DNA of 64,000 nt from Camelus ferus (lineage: Eukaryota): assembly GCF_009834535.1 (NCBI RefSeq), contig NC_045698.1:14758001-14822000 (forward strand), given 5' to 3'. Positions within the stretch are counted from its first letter, which is position 1; the number at the start of each line of letters is the position of its first letter. The position numbers and the translations under genes are program-made. Under the pieces are notes generated by a model. The model did not search any database, was not told the DNA's origin, and saw nothing but the letters and a program-made list of their open reading frames with translations. Of this stretch, positions 13,251 through 27,099 are shown one piece after another.

Positions 13251-15304
13251 TGTATAAATGCTACCCAATCATTAAGATTGAAAGATTAATATATTATCTT
13301 ACAATTAAATCCATTTTAAAATGCCTCTTTTGAAAACAATTAAGACATTCTCAATTTTATAGTCGTTTTAGCTTTCTAGTAGTTCAATGTAGCTACCAAA
13401 TAGGTGTTTTGATTTTTGTTTTTAACAAAAATACTCAGCTTTGCTATGACTGTTGGACTTCTGTTTATGTCAGTTCTAAGATATGTCAAATCTATGAGTC
13501 ATACTAGATCATGTCTGCCCTTTCAATTGTTCCAGTGTTGTTTTACTCTATGACTGGGATGCCTGAATTTCACAGTATTCATCAATAACTCTCTCCACCT
13601 CAAGAACTTGTGAGAGAGATGACAGACGTATGGTGAGAATGTTGTGTTGCAGTGAACAAGGTTATGATACATGGTGAATAAACAAATAAAAATAGAAAAA
13701 GCAGAGAGTTTTTTCCAGATCTCATGGATGCTCTGGTTATATCACCTGTGCTTTCCAATAACAAACTAATAAAGCATGTTTTAAGAAACCTATAAATACA
13801 AAATTCTCACTGTCTTCCTTTAACAATTTTGCTATAATACTGTAATTAACTGCCATAATATTTGGTAGAAGGCTAACTTCTTTTTCACATGGGAACATTG
13901 TTTCTTTGTAATGTACAGATTTATAATTATTTATTTTCATTCCCATCAATATTGTATTGTAATAATACTGAATTTGACAGATGAAAATCATCTCTTTTTA
14001 TTAATGGACTTTCCAGACAAAAATTAAGAACTTTTCAGCAATTATAATAACTTAATATGTTTTTTATTTACTATATAACACAAATGTCTCATGACCTGCA
14101 CCTGTAAAAAATAAAGAAAAGAAAGACCAAAAAAAAAAAAAAAAAAACAGAAGTAAAGACAAAGACAGGAAGGAAGGGAGAAAAGCAATAGAATAATATG
14201 TATTTAATAAGAAGTAGGAGGCAACAGGGTGGAATTAAAAAAAAATCAATGCTGGTAATATTTTCAAATGGCTAAGAATAACATAAACTCTTAAAATCTT
14301 GAAATGCACACTTTTTTCCTCAAAGAATAGTAGCACTTCAGCACTTTTTACTGTTGTCCAAAAAAAAAAAAAAGGCTTAAATACAGCTGTTTCTTGCTGA
14401 ATCACAGCTTTCCTTGTGTGTCACTAAATCCATTTGATAGCAATTCAATGGTCTAATAGGTTCCACTGGTGGTTGCTGACTACTGGATGTGCAATGGAAA
14501 TAGACTATGAATAAAATTTTACCAGTCTGTCATGAAGGAAGAAAAATAAGGGCATAAACGATAGTTTTCCATGAAGCTAGTTATTTAATTTGAAAGCAGC
14601 GATCTTTGTGTGATTTAACACATTTGCTATTCTATAATATTAAAATGTCTTCTGCATTGTTGATGGGTTTTTTTCCCCCATCCTTACTTGTCAAAAAAAA
14701 AATAGATTGCAAAGCTATATTGGTTCTTATAATTCTTCTGAAAAGTTATGGTTTGTGATATTCAATAATACATTAGACCATTGTTTGCATGAGTAAAATA
14801 TTCCAGGGACACTCTACTGCACTTTCTTTTTTGTCTCAATTACATATCATGTGTGAATATTACTGTATTTGAATACTTTTATTCAACCATTGCAGTTTTA
14901 AAGAATTTACCTGATTTTATAGTGCTCATTTTTAATATGAATGAAAGCAAAAGGGAAAACTGGACCCTATTATAATTTTATTCTACTCATTAATGCATGC
15001 TCACAATGTAATTAGTATTTTGAGCATTATTCATTAACTAGATGGCTGATATATTATGGGCTCAGATCTATGTTGAAGTGTGAGTAGGGAAGGTGACTTT
15101 ATAAATCACAGTATTAAATAATATTCATAGAAAAATAAACATTTTACCAAAGTATTCAAAACTATTGCTTGGATTTCTCTAAGGCATTTCCTATGTTACT
15201 GTCACAACTCTAATTTCTTGCTTTACTTTCCTATCGATTAATCTATATTTAAAACATATCTTCAGATTTCAAAAAATACTTAAAAAATGATAATCTCTTG
15301 TGTT

Positions 15305-15882
15305 ACGTAAATGAACCAAAGATGGCCTCTATGTTTGGTCACCAGATTGTTTATTTCTTCACTGCAGGGTTAGACTCATTTGCTCAAAAGCCCACTGGTG
15401 CCAAGCTAAATTTCTTTTCATGTGCATATATTTCCAAAACAATCCAAACAAGCAAATTTTTAGCCATTTAGAGCCTGCCTATGTTGCGTACCTCGTGAAA
15501 TCTTACCCAGTATCTGCAGGCTATTGATAGGATAGAGTCTTGCAGTTATATAAGATCCTAACTTGGGACCGCCTTTTTGAGCTCTCTGACACAAAGACTC
15601 CCCGACATTATGCTGAGCACATCACCCACACATTTAAGCCCACTTTCTGGGTCCACACTTCCCCAGAGTTCTTTTACCCTCTTTTCCTTCTGGGTGATGC
15701 CCCCTGCCCACGCCCACCCCAGCCTCTGGATAATCTCAAACTGTGAGAAATTTCTTCTGCCGTAAAAGCCTGTTCAAATATCTCCCAAAAAACCTTTTTG
15801 TATGATAACACCTCTTTTGTTCACATCTTTTTGCTTGATCAGCCCTCAAATCCGTTGAACTAAAACCTCCTTCATCTTCACA
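15305..15882 (+). mobile_element. Old ERV1-like solo LTR (MER89/MER110-like)
   Basis: Starts ~TGAACCAAAGATGGCCTCT, has a TATA-like TTATATAAGA at ~15546, and ends CATCTTCACA. Subfamily from recall. Confidence 0.6.
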
Positions 15883-16085
15883 AGTGTGTTTGAGGAAAAT
15901 AAAATCGCCTTGTAAATCATGAGGCAGTAAAACATAAAGAGTAAACATATAAGCTTTGCAGCAAGTAGAGTTTTTATTAGTTTTTAAAATCTCTAAGTCT
16001 TGACACAGATTCATAAAAAAAGGAAGCAAGCAATAAAATAATGAGCTAACTAGGGCCTTGTGAGAATTAAATGAATCTAAATTGG

Positions 16086-16089
<4 letters not shown>

Positions 16090-16136
<47 letters not shown>
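16090..16136. repeat. (TA)n microsatellite embedded in a MIR remnant
   Basis: (TA)17 at 16090-16123, continuing after one CA. Flanks TTGTGAGAATTAAATGA and TTTGACACAATGCCTG are MIR core. Confidence 0.9.
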
Positions 16137-16239
16137 GCATGCATTTATGTATAGAGATAATATACATATGCATGTATTCATGTATGAAGATGTTTGACAC
16201 AATGCCTGCTTTAAAATGTATGATTTAATTTAATTTAAT

Positions 16240-17702
16240 GTCCATCCTAACTCTGAGTCTTACCTATTCAGCTTTCTATCATACATCTCCACTCCAGTGT
16301 CTAATAGACATTTCAAACTTGAGATATCCAAAACTGAACTCCTGATTTTCATTCCTGCTCAGGAGGCTTTTTTTTTCTTTGGCAACCTTAACAGTTTCTG
16401 AAAATTCTGACTTGCTTAAGCTAAAATATTGATGGTATTCTTGACTCCTCTCTCACAACACTCTTCTAAACCATTAGCCCGTCTTTCTACTATTATCTTC
16501 AAAAGGTAATCAGAATTGGACCAATCTAGCTGAGTGTACTTTTGTATTTCACATGGTGAAACAGTTTCTTATTGCTACTGTAATAAATTGCCGTAAGTTT
16601 TGTGACTTAAATAACACATATGTGTTATAGTTCTGGGGATCAGAAGTCTGAAACGAATTCCATTAGGTTACAACTAATATGCTGGCAGGGCCATGCTGTC
16701 TCTGGAGGCTCTAGGGGGGAAATCTATTTCCTTACCATTTCTGGTTTCTGGATGCAACCAGAAAGGGTTCATGGACCCTTTCACCATCTTTAAGCATATC
16801 ACTCCAACATCTGTTTCCACTGTCACATATCCTCTCCTTGAATCGAACCTCATGATGCTTCACTTGTTATAAGGATCCTTGCGATTACGTAGGTCTCACC
16901 CAGATAATCCATGATCACCTCTATATCTCAACGTCCTTAACTTCATCATATCTACAAAGTCCCTCCCTCTTGCTGCAGAGGGTAACATCCACAGGTTTCA
17001 TGCATTAGGACATGAATATTTGGGGGTGTATTATCCAGCCTACACACAAGAAATTTTGCAATAGCCCTTAAAAATTCTTCCTACTTCTCTTGTGTCTTGT
17101 ATTCTCTGCATGGTGAAGAAAGTGATACTTTTAAAACACAAAGAATGTTATACCACTGTTTTCAAAACCCACCAATTGCTTCTCATCTAAACCAAAGTAA
17201 GCTAAAGTTCTTACTGTGGCTAAGGCCCCAAATGATGAAGGCTCTTTATCATCACCCAGTGGTCCCGCCTCCCAGCATTCTATCCCTCACTCCACTTCAG
17301 CCACACTCACCCTCTCCAAACTTGAGACACTTTCTGTTCTTTCTTCCTACAGTTCTTTTTGAGATTGATGTGTGATTGTTTCTCTCACTTCCTGCAGTAG
17401 AATATCTGCTCAATTGCACTGTTACAAAGAGGCCTTTTCTTACTAAATAGCAATTCTTTTCCACCCCCTGAACTCCCTTGATGACTTTCCCATGATTTAT
17501 TTAACTCCACAGCACTTATTACCAGTTAATAAGTTATTTGTTTTTGTTGTTATTACTGTTTATTTTATGTTTGTTTATTGTTAGTCTTTCCAGATTCTCC
17601 CATCACAGGAGAAACATTGTAAATATTGTTCACCTCTGTATCTAAGCTCTTAGAACAGGCTTGGCATGAAGAAGACACTTGATAAATACTCCTGGAATGA
17701 CT
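16240..17702 (+). mobile_element. L2a-like LINE fragment interrupted by an MLT1D LTR
   Basis: CATCTCCACT...TGTCTAATAGACATTTCAAACTT...TCCAAAACTGAACTCCTGATT, and 3' end TTGTTCACCTCTGTATCT...TTGATAAATACTCCTGGAATGA. Confidence 0.7.
16563..17048 (-). mobile_element. MaLR LTR (MLT1D-like)
   Basis: ATTGCTACTGTAATAAATTGCC...CAGAAGTCTGAAA...CTGGAGGCTCTAGGGGGGAAATC...TATCCAGCCTACACA. Confidence 0.8.
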
Positions 17703-17862
17703 ACAATATTATTTCTTCCATTCTTAACATCTCCAAAGTCCAAATACTTAAGTGTAATAGCATTGGCACAATGTATCCAAAACTCAATATGGTAAGTATA
17801 TCTGAATTATCAAGGCACCCATTTATTACTCTAATAATTGATATCCAAATATTCCTGGTGAT

Positions 17863-18310
17863 TATACTAGTTTCCTAAGGTTGTCCAAACAAAATGCCAC
17901 AAACCAGGTTGCTTAAAACAGTGGAAACATATTATCTCAGATTTCTGAAGGCTGTAAGTTCAAAATTAAGCAGAGTCATACTTCCCCTGAAACCTGTAGA
18001 GAGATCCTTTCTTGCCTCTTTCTAGCTGGGGTAGCTGTCATCCTCTGGTGTCCTTTGTCTTGCAGCTGCTTCACTTCAGTCTCTGCCTCTGCCATCACAT
18101 GGCATTTTCTTGTGTGTCTCCACTTTACATGACTGTCTTCTTAAGGGAATACAAGTTATATGGGACTAGGGAGCAACTCTACTCCAGTATGTCACCTTAA
18201 CTTAATTAATTATATCTGCAGTGACCCTAATTCCAAATAAGGTCACATTCTAAGATAGAGGGAGTTAGGGCTGAAAAATCTTTCTGGGGGACACATTTTA
18301 TTGTATAACA
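17863..18310 (-). mobile_element. MaLR solo LTR (MLT1C-like) with TSD
   Basis: Reverse MLT1 termini. Flanks GTGAT (17858-17862) and ATGAT (18311-18315) form a 4/5 match to a 5-bp TSD. Confidence 0.85.
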
Positions 18311-19339
18311 ATGATTACAGTGATTCTCAAATATACAAGCCATTGTTTAATATATATCAGTACTTTGCATATTTTTATCTAATTAGATTTTGAAAAATTG
18401 CTCTTTTGAGTTTTGATGCAAATTTATTTATAGTGGCATGTTTAGAAAAAGATCCTGAATATTGAATGTGGTTCTAATCATTTAATTTATTAAAGATGTT
18501 AATATTATCATCATAAATTATTATCCATGATGAAATAAATTGCATGTTCATAATCATCTTATTTACATATTGCATATTCACTTTTGCTAAAACCCCACTA
18601 TCTTTTCAAACTTCATGTAAATAGCAATTTCATAGTAATAACACGTGTTTCAATAAATAAATGTGAAGCATTTAGAAGTCATAGAATCGCAGGTATATGA
18701 TGTATTTTGATACAAAATTTCAATAGTATAGACATTCTTGTGGAATATATTTATTTTTTCACCATATCCTAATTGCAGTAACTTGGCTGAGGAAAAGTAT
18801 TATTACTAAAAATGTTTTCTTTTCCTTAGGTTCACATAATCAAGAATCTCCTAGGTTCTTTACCAAAGCCCTTGGCTTTGCTTGTGACAAATATCACAAC
18901 CACCAGTACATTTAAAAATCAGTTTCATACTGTCTAATATTTGTATACAGGTTTAACTGGCAAAAAAAAAAAAGGTAGGGAAGCTCAGTCATGATTTTTA
19001 TGACCAAAATAACTGCAACGCAACCCATGAGTATAAAATATTTTTATAATAATTTAAGCTAATTGTTTTGTTCTACCTACAGTGAATTTAAGTAAATATG
19101 CAAAAATGAAGATATACACATCAAAACAATTCAACAAAATTGGATTTTGCTTTAATAGTGTGCTACCTCTAAAATTCTAGGTTCTTTAACCCATTCTGTT
19201 ATTTACCTCTGAAGTAAGTTTTCTCTCGCTCTTGTCATCTGCAGAAAAACCAAGCTCTTTGTTCCTAAACAGTTCCTGTGATTGACCCATTAACCAAACA
19301 AAAATAATATTCTTAATTGCTTGGTGGGGGAGTGGACAA

Positions 19340-22300
19340 AGAATAGCAAAGAATTAATGCAATGAATAAAAAACAACTATAAATTTGGTACATATTAAAA
19401 CAATTATATCAATGATTACTTTAAATATGAATGGTCTAAATATATCAGTTAAAATACAGAGCTTAATAGAGTGGAAAGAGAAACAAGAACCAGAAATACA
19501 TCACCTAAAAGATTCCCACTTTAAATATAATGACAAAGATAGGCTAAAAGTAAAGAGTTGGAGGAGGTATATCATGGTAATACTAAGCAAAAGAAAATTG
19601 GAGTTGCTGTGTTAATTTCAGACAAAATATATTATAGAATAAGAAAATGTATGAAAGAAAGAGAGGGGGAATTGCATAATGATAAAGACGTCAGATCTCC
19701 AAGAAGAAATACCTGTATGCACCTAAACACAGAGCATCAAAATACAGAAAGCAAAAATTGATAGAACTACAGAGAAATAGACAAATCCATTATCATTATT
19801 AGATGGGAATTCAATACATTCCTATATATTTGAACAGATATGTGTTACCTTTGAAACAGAAAAGTACCATAAATCAACTGGATTTAATTGACATTTATAG
19901 GATATTTCATTCCACAACTGCAGAATACATGTTCTCAAACTAACATGGAATATTCACTAAGATAGACTACATTTAGGGCCATAAAACCTGCCTTAACAAA
20001 GTTAGAAGACTAGAAATCATACAAAGTATTTTCTCAGGACATAAACTAGAAATTAGGACATAAGCTAGAAATTAGTAACATAAAGATAGCTGGAAAATCT
20101 CCCAATAATTAAAAAAAATCTCCCAGGATTAAAAAATTCCTGATTAAGTAACATAGGGGTCAAAGAAGTAGTCTTAGAAGAAAAAAAAGTTTTTCTAGGT
20201 AAATTAAAGTAAAACTACAATGTTACAAAATTAGTGAGATATAGTGAAAGCAGTGCTTACAGGAAAATTTATAGCATTACAAAAATATATTATAAAAGAA
20301 GGAAGATCCTCAATCAACAAGCTTCCATTTTAGAAACCCAGAGAAAGATCAATTTAAACCTAATGAAATCAGAAGAATTAAGAAATAAAATAATTAAATA
20401 AAAAGAATAAAAAATTACAATAGAGGAAACATTAATAAAATTTAAAAAACCAAAAAAAAAATTAACAAAACAAATACATGTTTCTCTAAAAAAATAAGAT
20501 TTTTCTTTAACAAAACCTCCTGAAACACTAATCAAGGGAGGGGTAAGGAGAATATGCAAATTACCAATATCAGAAATAAAAGAGAGATTACCACTACCAA
20601 TCACATGGACAATAGAAAGATAATAAAAGAACTACTCTATGTCCATAAATATGATCATTTACATGAAGTGAACCAATTTCTTGAAAGTTGCAAATTACCA
20701 AAACCCATATCAGGAGAAATAAATAATTTAAATATCCTTATATCTTTTAAAGGAAATGAATCAATAATTAATGATCTTTTCAAAAAGCTAATACCAGAAC
20801 ACATATGGTTTTATTAGTAAATTCTACCAAACATTCAAAGAAAAAAGTACAAATTTTTCATAGACTTCTCTAGAAAATAAAAATAGAAGAAACACTTTTT
20901 AAATCATTTAATGAGGCCCACATTACTTTAATATCAAAACCAGATAAAGCCATAACAAAAAAGGATAATTAAATATACTTTCTATGTACATAGACACAAA
21001 AATCCTAAGCAAACTATTAGGAAATTGAATTCAACAATGAATTGAAAGAATTATACTTTACAACCAAGTGGAATTTATTCCAGGTATACAATTGGTTCAA
21101 TATTTAAAAATCCAGTCAATGTAATCCATTTTATCAGCAAGCTAAAGAATAAAACCACATGACCATATCAAGAGATACAGAAAAATCACTTGACAAAACC
21201 TAGCACTTACTCATGATAAAAGCTCTCAGGAAACTCAGAAGTGTAAAACTTCCTCTAAGTTATAAAGATTATCCACAGAAGTCCTCTAGCTAACATTATA
21301 TTTAACGTTGAAGAGCTGGATATTTTCTCCCTAAGGTCTAGAACAACGCAAGGGCAACTTCTCTTAACACAGGTACTCAGCACTGTGCCGGAAGTCCTTG
21401 CCAGTGCAGTAAGACAAGGAAAACATTAAAAAAAAAATACTGATTGGAGAGGAAGGAATGATATTGTCTTTATCAGCAGATGGCATGATTGTCACTGGAG
21501 AAAGTCAAAGAATCGACAAACTTCTGGAAATCAGAAGGGAGCACAGCAATGTCACATATGCACGGTTAATATGCAAATGATGATTGTTTTCCTATCTACC
21601 AGCAGCAAACAATAGGAATTTGAAAATTTTAAAAAGCCCCTTTATACAATAATATCAAAACAATACTTTGATATGAATATAACAAAATATGTACAGAATT
21701 TTTATACAGACAACTACAAGGCATTGACAAAGGAAATCAATAAATGGAAAAATTTCACATCTATGGATAGGAAAAATCAATATTGTTAAGATTTCAATTC
21801 TTCTAGACTCAGTCTGGAAGATTCAACACAATCCTAGTCAAAATCTTAGCAAGCTGTTTTGTATATATCAATAAGCTGCTTCTCAAATGCATATGGAAAG
21901 GCCAAAGATGTAGAAAAGCCTTCAGAGTACTGCAGAAAAGATGCTGGAGGACTCACATTACCCCTTTTTGAAAATTGTACTACTATCATAATAAAAGCAA
22001 TGTGGTATTGGTTAAACAATAGGTCCATAGTTCAACAGAATGGAATAGAGACAAGCTGTAGATCTACACAAGTATAGTCAATTGATTGTTAACAAAGGTG
22101 CAAAGGCAATTCAACGGAGAAAGGACAGTCTTTTAAAGAAATATGTCGGAACAATTGAATGTCCATATGTAAACATATGAAAATAACACAGACCTGACAG
22201 CTTAAACACAATTTAACTAAAAATGAAACATAAAGGTGAATGTAAGATGAAAAACTATAAAACTTATGAAAGTAAATCTGTCTGAACTTTGGTCTATTAA

Positions 22301-22525
22301 TGAGTTTTAGATTCAACCTCAAAAGCATGATCCATGAAAGAAAAAAGTAGTGAGTTGGACTTTATTAACATTAAACACTCTAGTCTATGAAAGACATGAA
22401 GAGAATGAAGTTCCTAGCCACAGACTGAGAAAACATTTGCAAAACACACATCTGATAAAGGATGTGTATCCAAAATATTCAAAGAAAATCCATCAAGAAA
22501 ATAAACAACACAATTAAAAATGTCA
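19340..22525 (+). mobile_element. Decayed LINE-1 ORF2 (APE endonuclease and reverse transcriptase remnants), old L1M-type
   Basis: ORF fragments ITLNMNGLN (19415-19441), KKIGVAVLISDKI, QITNIRNKREITT and AGGLTLP...IIKAMWYW match L1 ORF2p. The catalytic FADD motif reads SADG at 21473-21484. Many stops and frameshifts, A-rich sense strand. Confidence 0.95.
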
Positions 22526-23234
22526 TCCACCCATCTTACTCATAATTTGAAAAACAATAAAAATCTATCATCTGCATAAACTTAATGGAAGGTATTGGAA
22601 ACTTTCAACATTAAAATGAACAAAAAAGCTGTGGTATAGATAAGCAGGACCTAATAAAGGCAAACTTGTAATTGAGCCTAACAGAGTTTTTAAAATGTCT
22701 AAAGACAGTTTTCTTTAGACACTTGTCAAGTTCGTATTTGTGAAGCACAAATTGTAGGAAAAAAAGGTAGGCATATGAGCTCTCTTTTTGAGAGCAGTTA
22801 TTCACCTTTAGGTTTACTTTCTTGTTCAAAGAGATTCATCTGGCAGCTCCAGATTTACAAGCCTAAATATTTAATAGAAAGTTGTCAGTTACTGGTTTGC
22901 ACTTTGAAATGATGGCATTTGTTAAATACCGAAGGTGGTTATAATTTGCATGATTTCTATTTCTCCAGTACTCTATTTATAAATACAGATTACAAATTTT
23001 GAATTGCCTGTGTCATCTTTCAGATTCCAAGAAATCCTACTTAATTAACTGAGCAATCCATTTTAACACTGTTTCCCGGTGGCTGTATTTAGTAAGTCAG
23101 TCATTAAGACCTTCACACACATGTATTTACATTTTGCCCACACATTTAAATTACATATCACACTGGTTTCTAGGTATTAAACGAATAGATTAAATAAGAT
23201 ACAATTCAGTGTATTCCCAGTAAATTTGAATATA

Positions 23235-23368
23235 TTTTGTCTCATAGATGAAGAAATTGAGACAAGCACAGGTCAAGCTATTTGCCTTTTATTATAGAGC
23301 TAGTCAGTGATACAGAGTAGATTCAAACACAGCAATTTAGATACAGAGCCTGTACCCCTAATCCAGCT
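23235..23368 (-). mobile_element. MIR SINE
   Basis: ATAGATGAAGAAATTGAGAC...GAGCTAGTCAGTGATACAGAGTAGATTCAAACACAG. Confidence 0.65.
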
Positions 23369-23425
23369 GTATTTCCCAGAGGTTTTACAAGATCCTTCTC
23401 AATTTGACTATTTACTTTCTTACTT

Positions 23426-23880
23426 TGTTAGAGGAAAATAGCAAAAGACAAACAGACACAAGTCTGTACTGTAATGAAATCAGACTTACTGGCTGCAGCA
23501 ATGGAAGGCACCACTGAGGAACTGCGGAATGCTACTCAAAGAGCAGGAGGAGATACACCCTGTTTGTAAGGTTTGAGAAAGGGCTGAAGCATTCTGTGGA
23601 GAGTCTAAGTAAAGGATGAGTTTGAAATTAGTTACTGGTTAGAAAGCAGGATGAAGAGAAACAGATTAACTAGAAACTGTGTGCTATCAGAAGACAAGGG
23701 CAGCCTTGAAATTTGCTTTCTCTGGTAATAAATGTGAAAAGCAAAGTTGTCTTAGAGTGTCATTGGAGAGAAAGTGGTAGTCTCTTAAAATGTAGCTATC
23801 ATGGCATTTCACAGAGGCTGTATGGCTTTGGAAGAAAAAAAATGTGTTCTCTTAACTTTCAGTTAGGAGATTTCCACTCT
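23426..23880 (-). mobile_element. Old ERV1-like solo LTR
   Basis: Block begins TGTTAGAGGAAAA and ends near CTTAACTTTCA, with purine-rich LTR-like composition. Family not identified. Confidence 0.45.
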
Positions 23881-23904
23881 TCAAACCTAATTCCTTAAAA
23901 TAGT

Positions 23905-24260
23905 TCCATGCTTCTGTGTTTTGCACACACTACACTCCTTGTCAGGAGTGTGCTTCCCCCTTCATTCCCTTCATTAAGTCCTACTAATCCACTTGGATAA
24001 AATTCAGTTATCACTTCCTGGGAAAGCTTCCATGGCCTGTCAGAAAATTGACTACATCTACTCGTATGCTCACTGAAAGTCGGTTTTCTGTATCTGTCTG
24101 TGCCTATGTGTTTCCCACTAGATAGTGAGCCAACGTAGAGCAGGGGCACTTTTTTCTCCCTGTGGTATTCCGTCCCCTTCAGAAAGACTCACAATAATAT
24201 CAGCTGTAAGGCCTGAATGCCTGAATGAATGAATGAATCAATGTAAGAATGAATAAATGA
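23905..24260 (+). mobile_element. L2 3' end with (TGAA)n tail
   Basis: TCACTTCCTGGGAAAGCTTCC...CCCACTAGATAGTGAGC...TGAATGAATGAATGAAT. Confidence 0.7.
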
Positions 24261-27099
24261 ATTCTGTCAAAAATAGTTTCATGAAAACAGAACATTTCTT
24301 TCTACTGTGGCTAGTGGCTTCCATTGCGACCTTGAGAAAGTGTCACTGGGTGTAAGTGCCACTTTCCACCAGGCTGGCTGAAGCTTTGCACAAAAGGAGC
24401 TATTCCACATTCTAGTAGGAGTGCAAACTGTGGTTTTAATCGTTACCCTGCTCCTGTACATTCACAGCTCATCCATGTGATTTACAAACTGTCCCCTCCC
24501 ACCTCAAGTTGTAGTTCTACATTCGCCTGCCCAGGAGCAATTTCTTGGGCCTCCCTGGTGCCATGAGTCTTTCACATAGGGGAATAAGTCTGCAGCAAAC
24601 CATCCTTAATTAAGAAAATGAGGCTGCAACCTAAATGCTAGTTATTTGTGCTCTTCTCATGACTAGTACACGACTTAGAGATGACGTTCAGGAACCGGAT
24701 TCCCAAATTTAATAGTTTTCCGGAGTTTTAGGACTAGACTTCAGCACTATCTTTTAGGATTCTTTGTTTGCCATATTGCCACTCCATTAATACTACATTT
24801 AGTGACATGTGGGTCTCCTTAATTCACATTTTTAATTATTTTAAGTTTATGTATCATTTTCAGTGTTGTCTTTGGCAATAAATTTCAAATGACAGTATTC
24901 AGCTACATTAAAAATAAATGCATGACCGTTCATTCTTCTATCTATTGAATTAATTATATGTAGAAGAATCTCATCATTAATTCCATGTTAGAAGGTAAGA
25001 GAAATAAGAAATAAATGTTTAGTGGGTACAGAAGATAATGGGACATGGTACTTCATTTAAAATACTTATGAGTCTGTACTGTTCACTGTGTATGAGTATG
25101 CTGATATCTCAAATGGAATATGTGAATAAAATTGAATAAAATCATGACTAGAGGGAATTCAGCTTCTTAAGTGTGCATAACAGAGTCTTTTGTCAGAACA
25201 TGAAAAATCATCACAGTGTACTTCAAAAACATCCAACTATTGAATATTCAAAATCAAAAAACACCAACTTATGCTTTAATTGACTTGGAAGCCCTTATCA
25301 ATGTTTTTTTTTCATTGTTACAAAGGAAATCTTTCTCATTAAGTGGATCATATTACTACATGTTGTTATTGGAAAATTATCAGTAAGAACAAACTTTTTG
25401 TAACATTACTAAATTTTTCAAGTTATGACAGTAACTTCACTTCTGATGTTCTGATTGCTAGAATTTTCTTAGACTAAGAGCAATGTATTATGTTTTTAAT
25501 GCTAATAATATGTCAATTCCTTGGACCCAGTTTCAAGAGAAGGAGATACTTTTCTCTTTTTTCTGTAAGAAAAGGTGGAAAGTGTAAGTGAGGTTGAAGC
25601 AACAGTGAAATTTGTATAGAAACTCATCAGTAAGTAAACCCTTCTAATACGAACTATGATCATGGAAAGATCATGATGTATTTTTGTTTTATATTTGATT
25701 CTTGGACTTTCACCTATTAATGTGAAATTTTTATAATTTATACAATATATTTGAATGACAGTTCCCTCATCTGTAAACTAGGGATACTATTTTCTCCCTT
25801 TCAATGCTGCTATGGGTATTAAAGAGACAGTAATTGAAGTGACTAACATAAGTCACTACTGAAATTCTTGTATTTACATTTGGTGAAATGTTGCTGATAG
25901 ATGAAATTTCTTCTTTTAAGGCTTTCCTGAAATTGAAGATAGGACTAAGTGTTCCTTATGTGTTCACTTAACACCTTGTGGACACTTCCTTCTTTGGGAT
26001 CTAACATAACTTATATCTTCCTACTGGTAATCAGTAAGTGTTTGGAGGGTAGCAAGTGCATTTTATTAAGTATGTTACTCCCAGAATATACCAAGTTTCT
26101 GGAATTATAAGTGCTAAATAAATGTTTGTTAAACTCTACTGAAATATGTAAGATATTTGTCAAAAACTTTAAAAGAAATTTTTTAAAATATTCTGTATGT
26201 CTCAAGAATAACCAATATAAAAGATCAATGTGCTAATTTAATGTTTCAGAATTTAATGTATAGAATATGAATTTGTATTTTCATAACCTTATTGTCACAT
26301 TAATTTTTTTTAAATATAGTTTTCAGGTATGTTTTCTTGTCTCTAATTGAGTGCAAATATTTTCAATAATTTCTGAAAGTTTCAACCTTATGATTATTTG
26401 TTGATACATGCTTAAACAGTATCTATCTGACTTAACTTGGATTATATTTGGACAAAGCCAATTCTTCAACTTAAAACTTAATAAAGATAATTGATTAACT
26501 GGTTTTGTGGTCTTAAATTTCTTTCATGAAGAAATGAAAAAAAGGTACTTATACTTTTTTGGCATACGTTAGATAACAATCTCCACTAAATCAGCCATTG
26601 TTAATGATAATGGAAAGCACATGTAAGCAACAAACGTGTACATATGTTCCTTCCAGAAGCTTACTAGTAAGCAGCTCCATAAAGCACCTTGGAAGCAATT
26701 TTAGCCAGCTTTCAAACAGCAAACAAAATTAAATGTCGTTGTTATAATTTAATAAAAGAGTAACACTTAACGACTTTGTGTTGTGGTCGGTACATTGATC
26801 TCTTAGACAATAGTTTTCTAACTTAGCAGGAAAGATAAAATAAAATATCCATGCTGCAAGGAATTTACTAGACATATTACCTGATGTTAATTTTAAAATC
26901 ATAATATGATTGTAATAGTCAATAGATAATGTGCAATTAAACAAATGCCTGCAATTTTACTTTTAAAAAATAAAGTAGCTGCATTTAAATGAGAAAATTA
27001 GACTGCTGAATTTAAAGGGAATGTTCACTGTTTCTCTTACATTGAGCTTTGCCAAGAGAGGTAGGTGGGAAGTAACTAACTAGAGCCATCACTTATCAG

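Noticed and set aside
14105..14200. Poly(A)/A-rich tract as a processed pseudogene tail
   Set aside because: No upstream mRNA-like sequence or TSD found; treated as low-complexity sequence.
15736..16200. Longest ORF (154 aa, minus strand)
   Set aside because: It is kept open by the (TA)n repeat (YIYIYI run) and spans MIR and LTR sequence, with no recognisable domain.
19385..22077. ORFs with endonuclease/RT-like peptides as CDS
   Set aside because: They are fragments of one frameshifted, stop-ridden L1 ORF2, annotated as a mobile element rather than a gene.
23024..23091. 68-nt exon-like interval (TCTTTCAG ... GTAAGT)
   Set aside because: Short pyrimidine tract, weak exonic donor context (TTA|GT), not frame-preserving, and no compositional contrast; likely a chance pseudo-exon.
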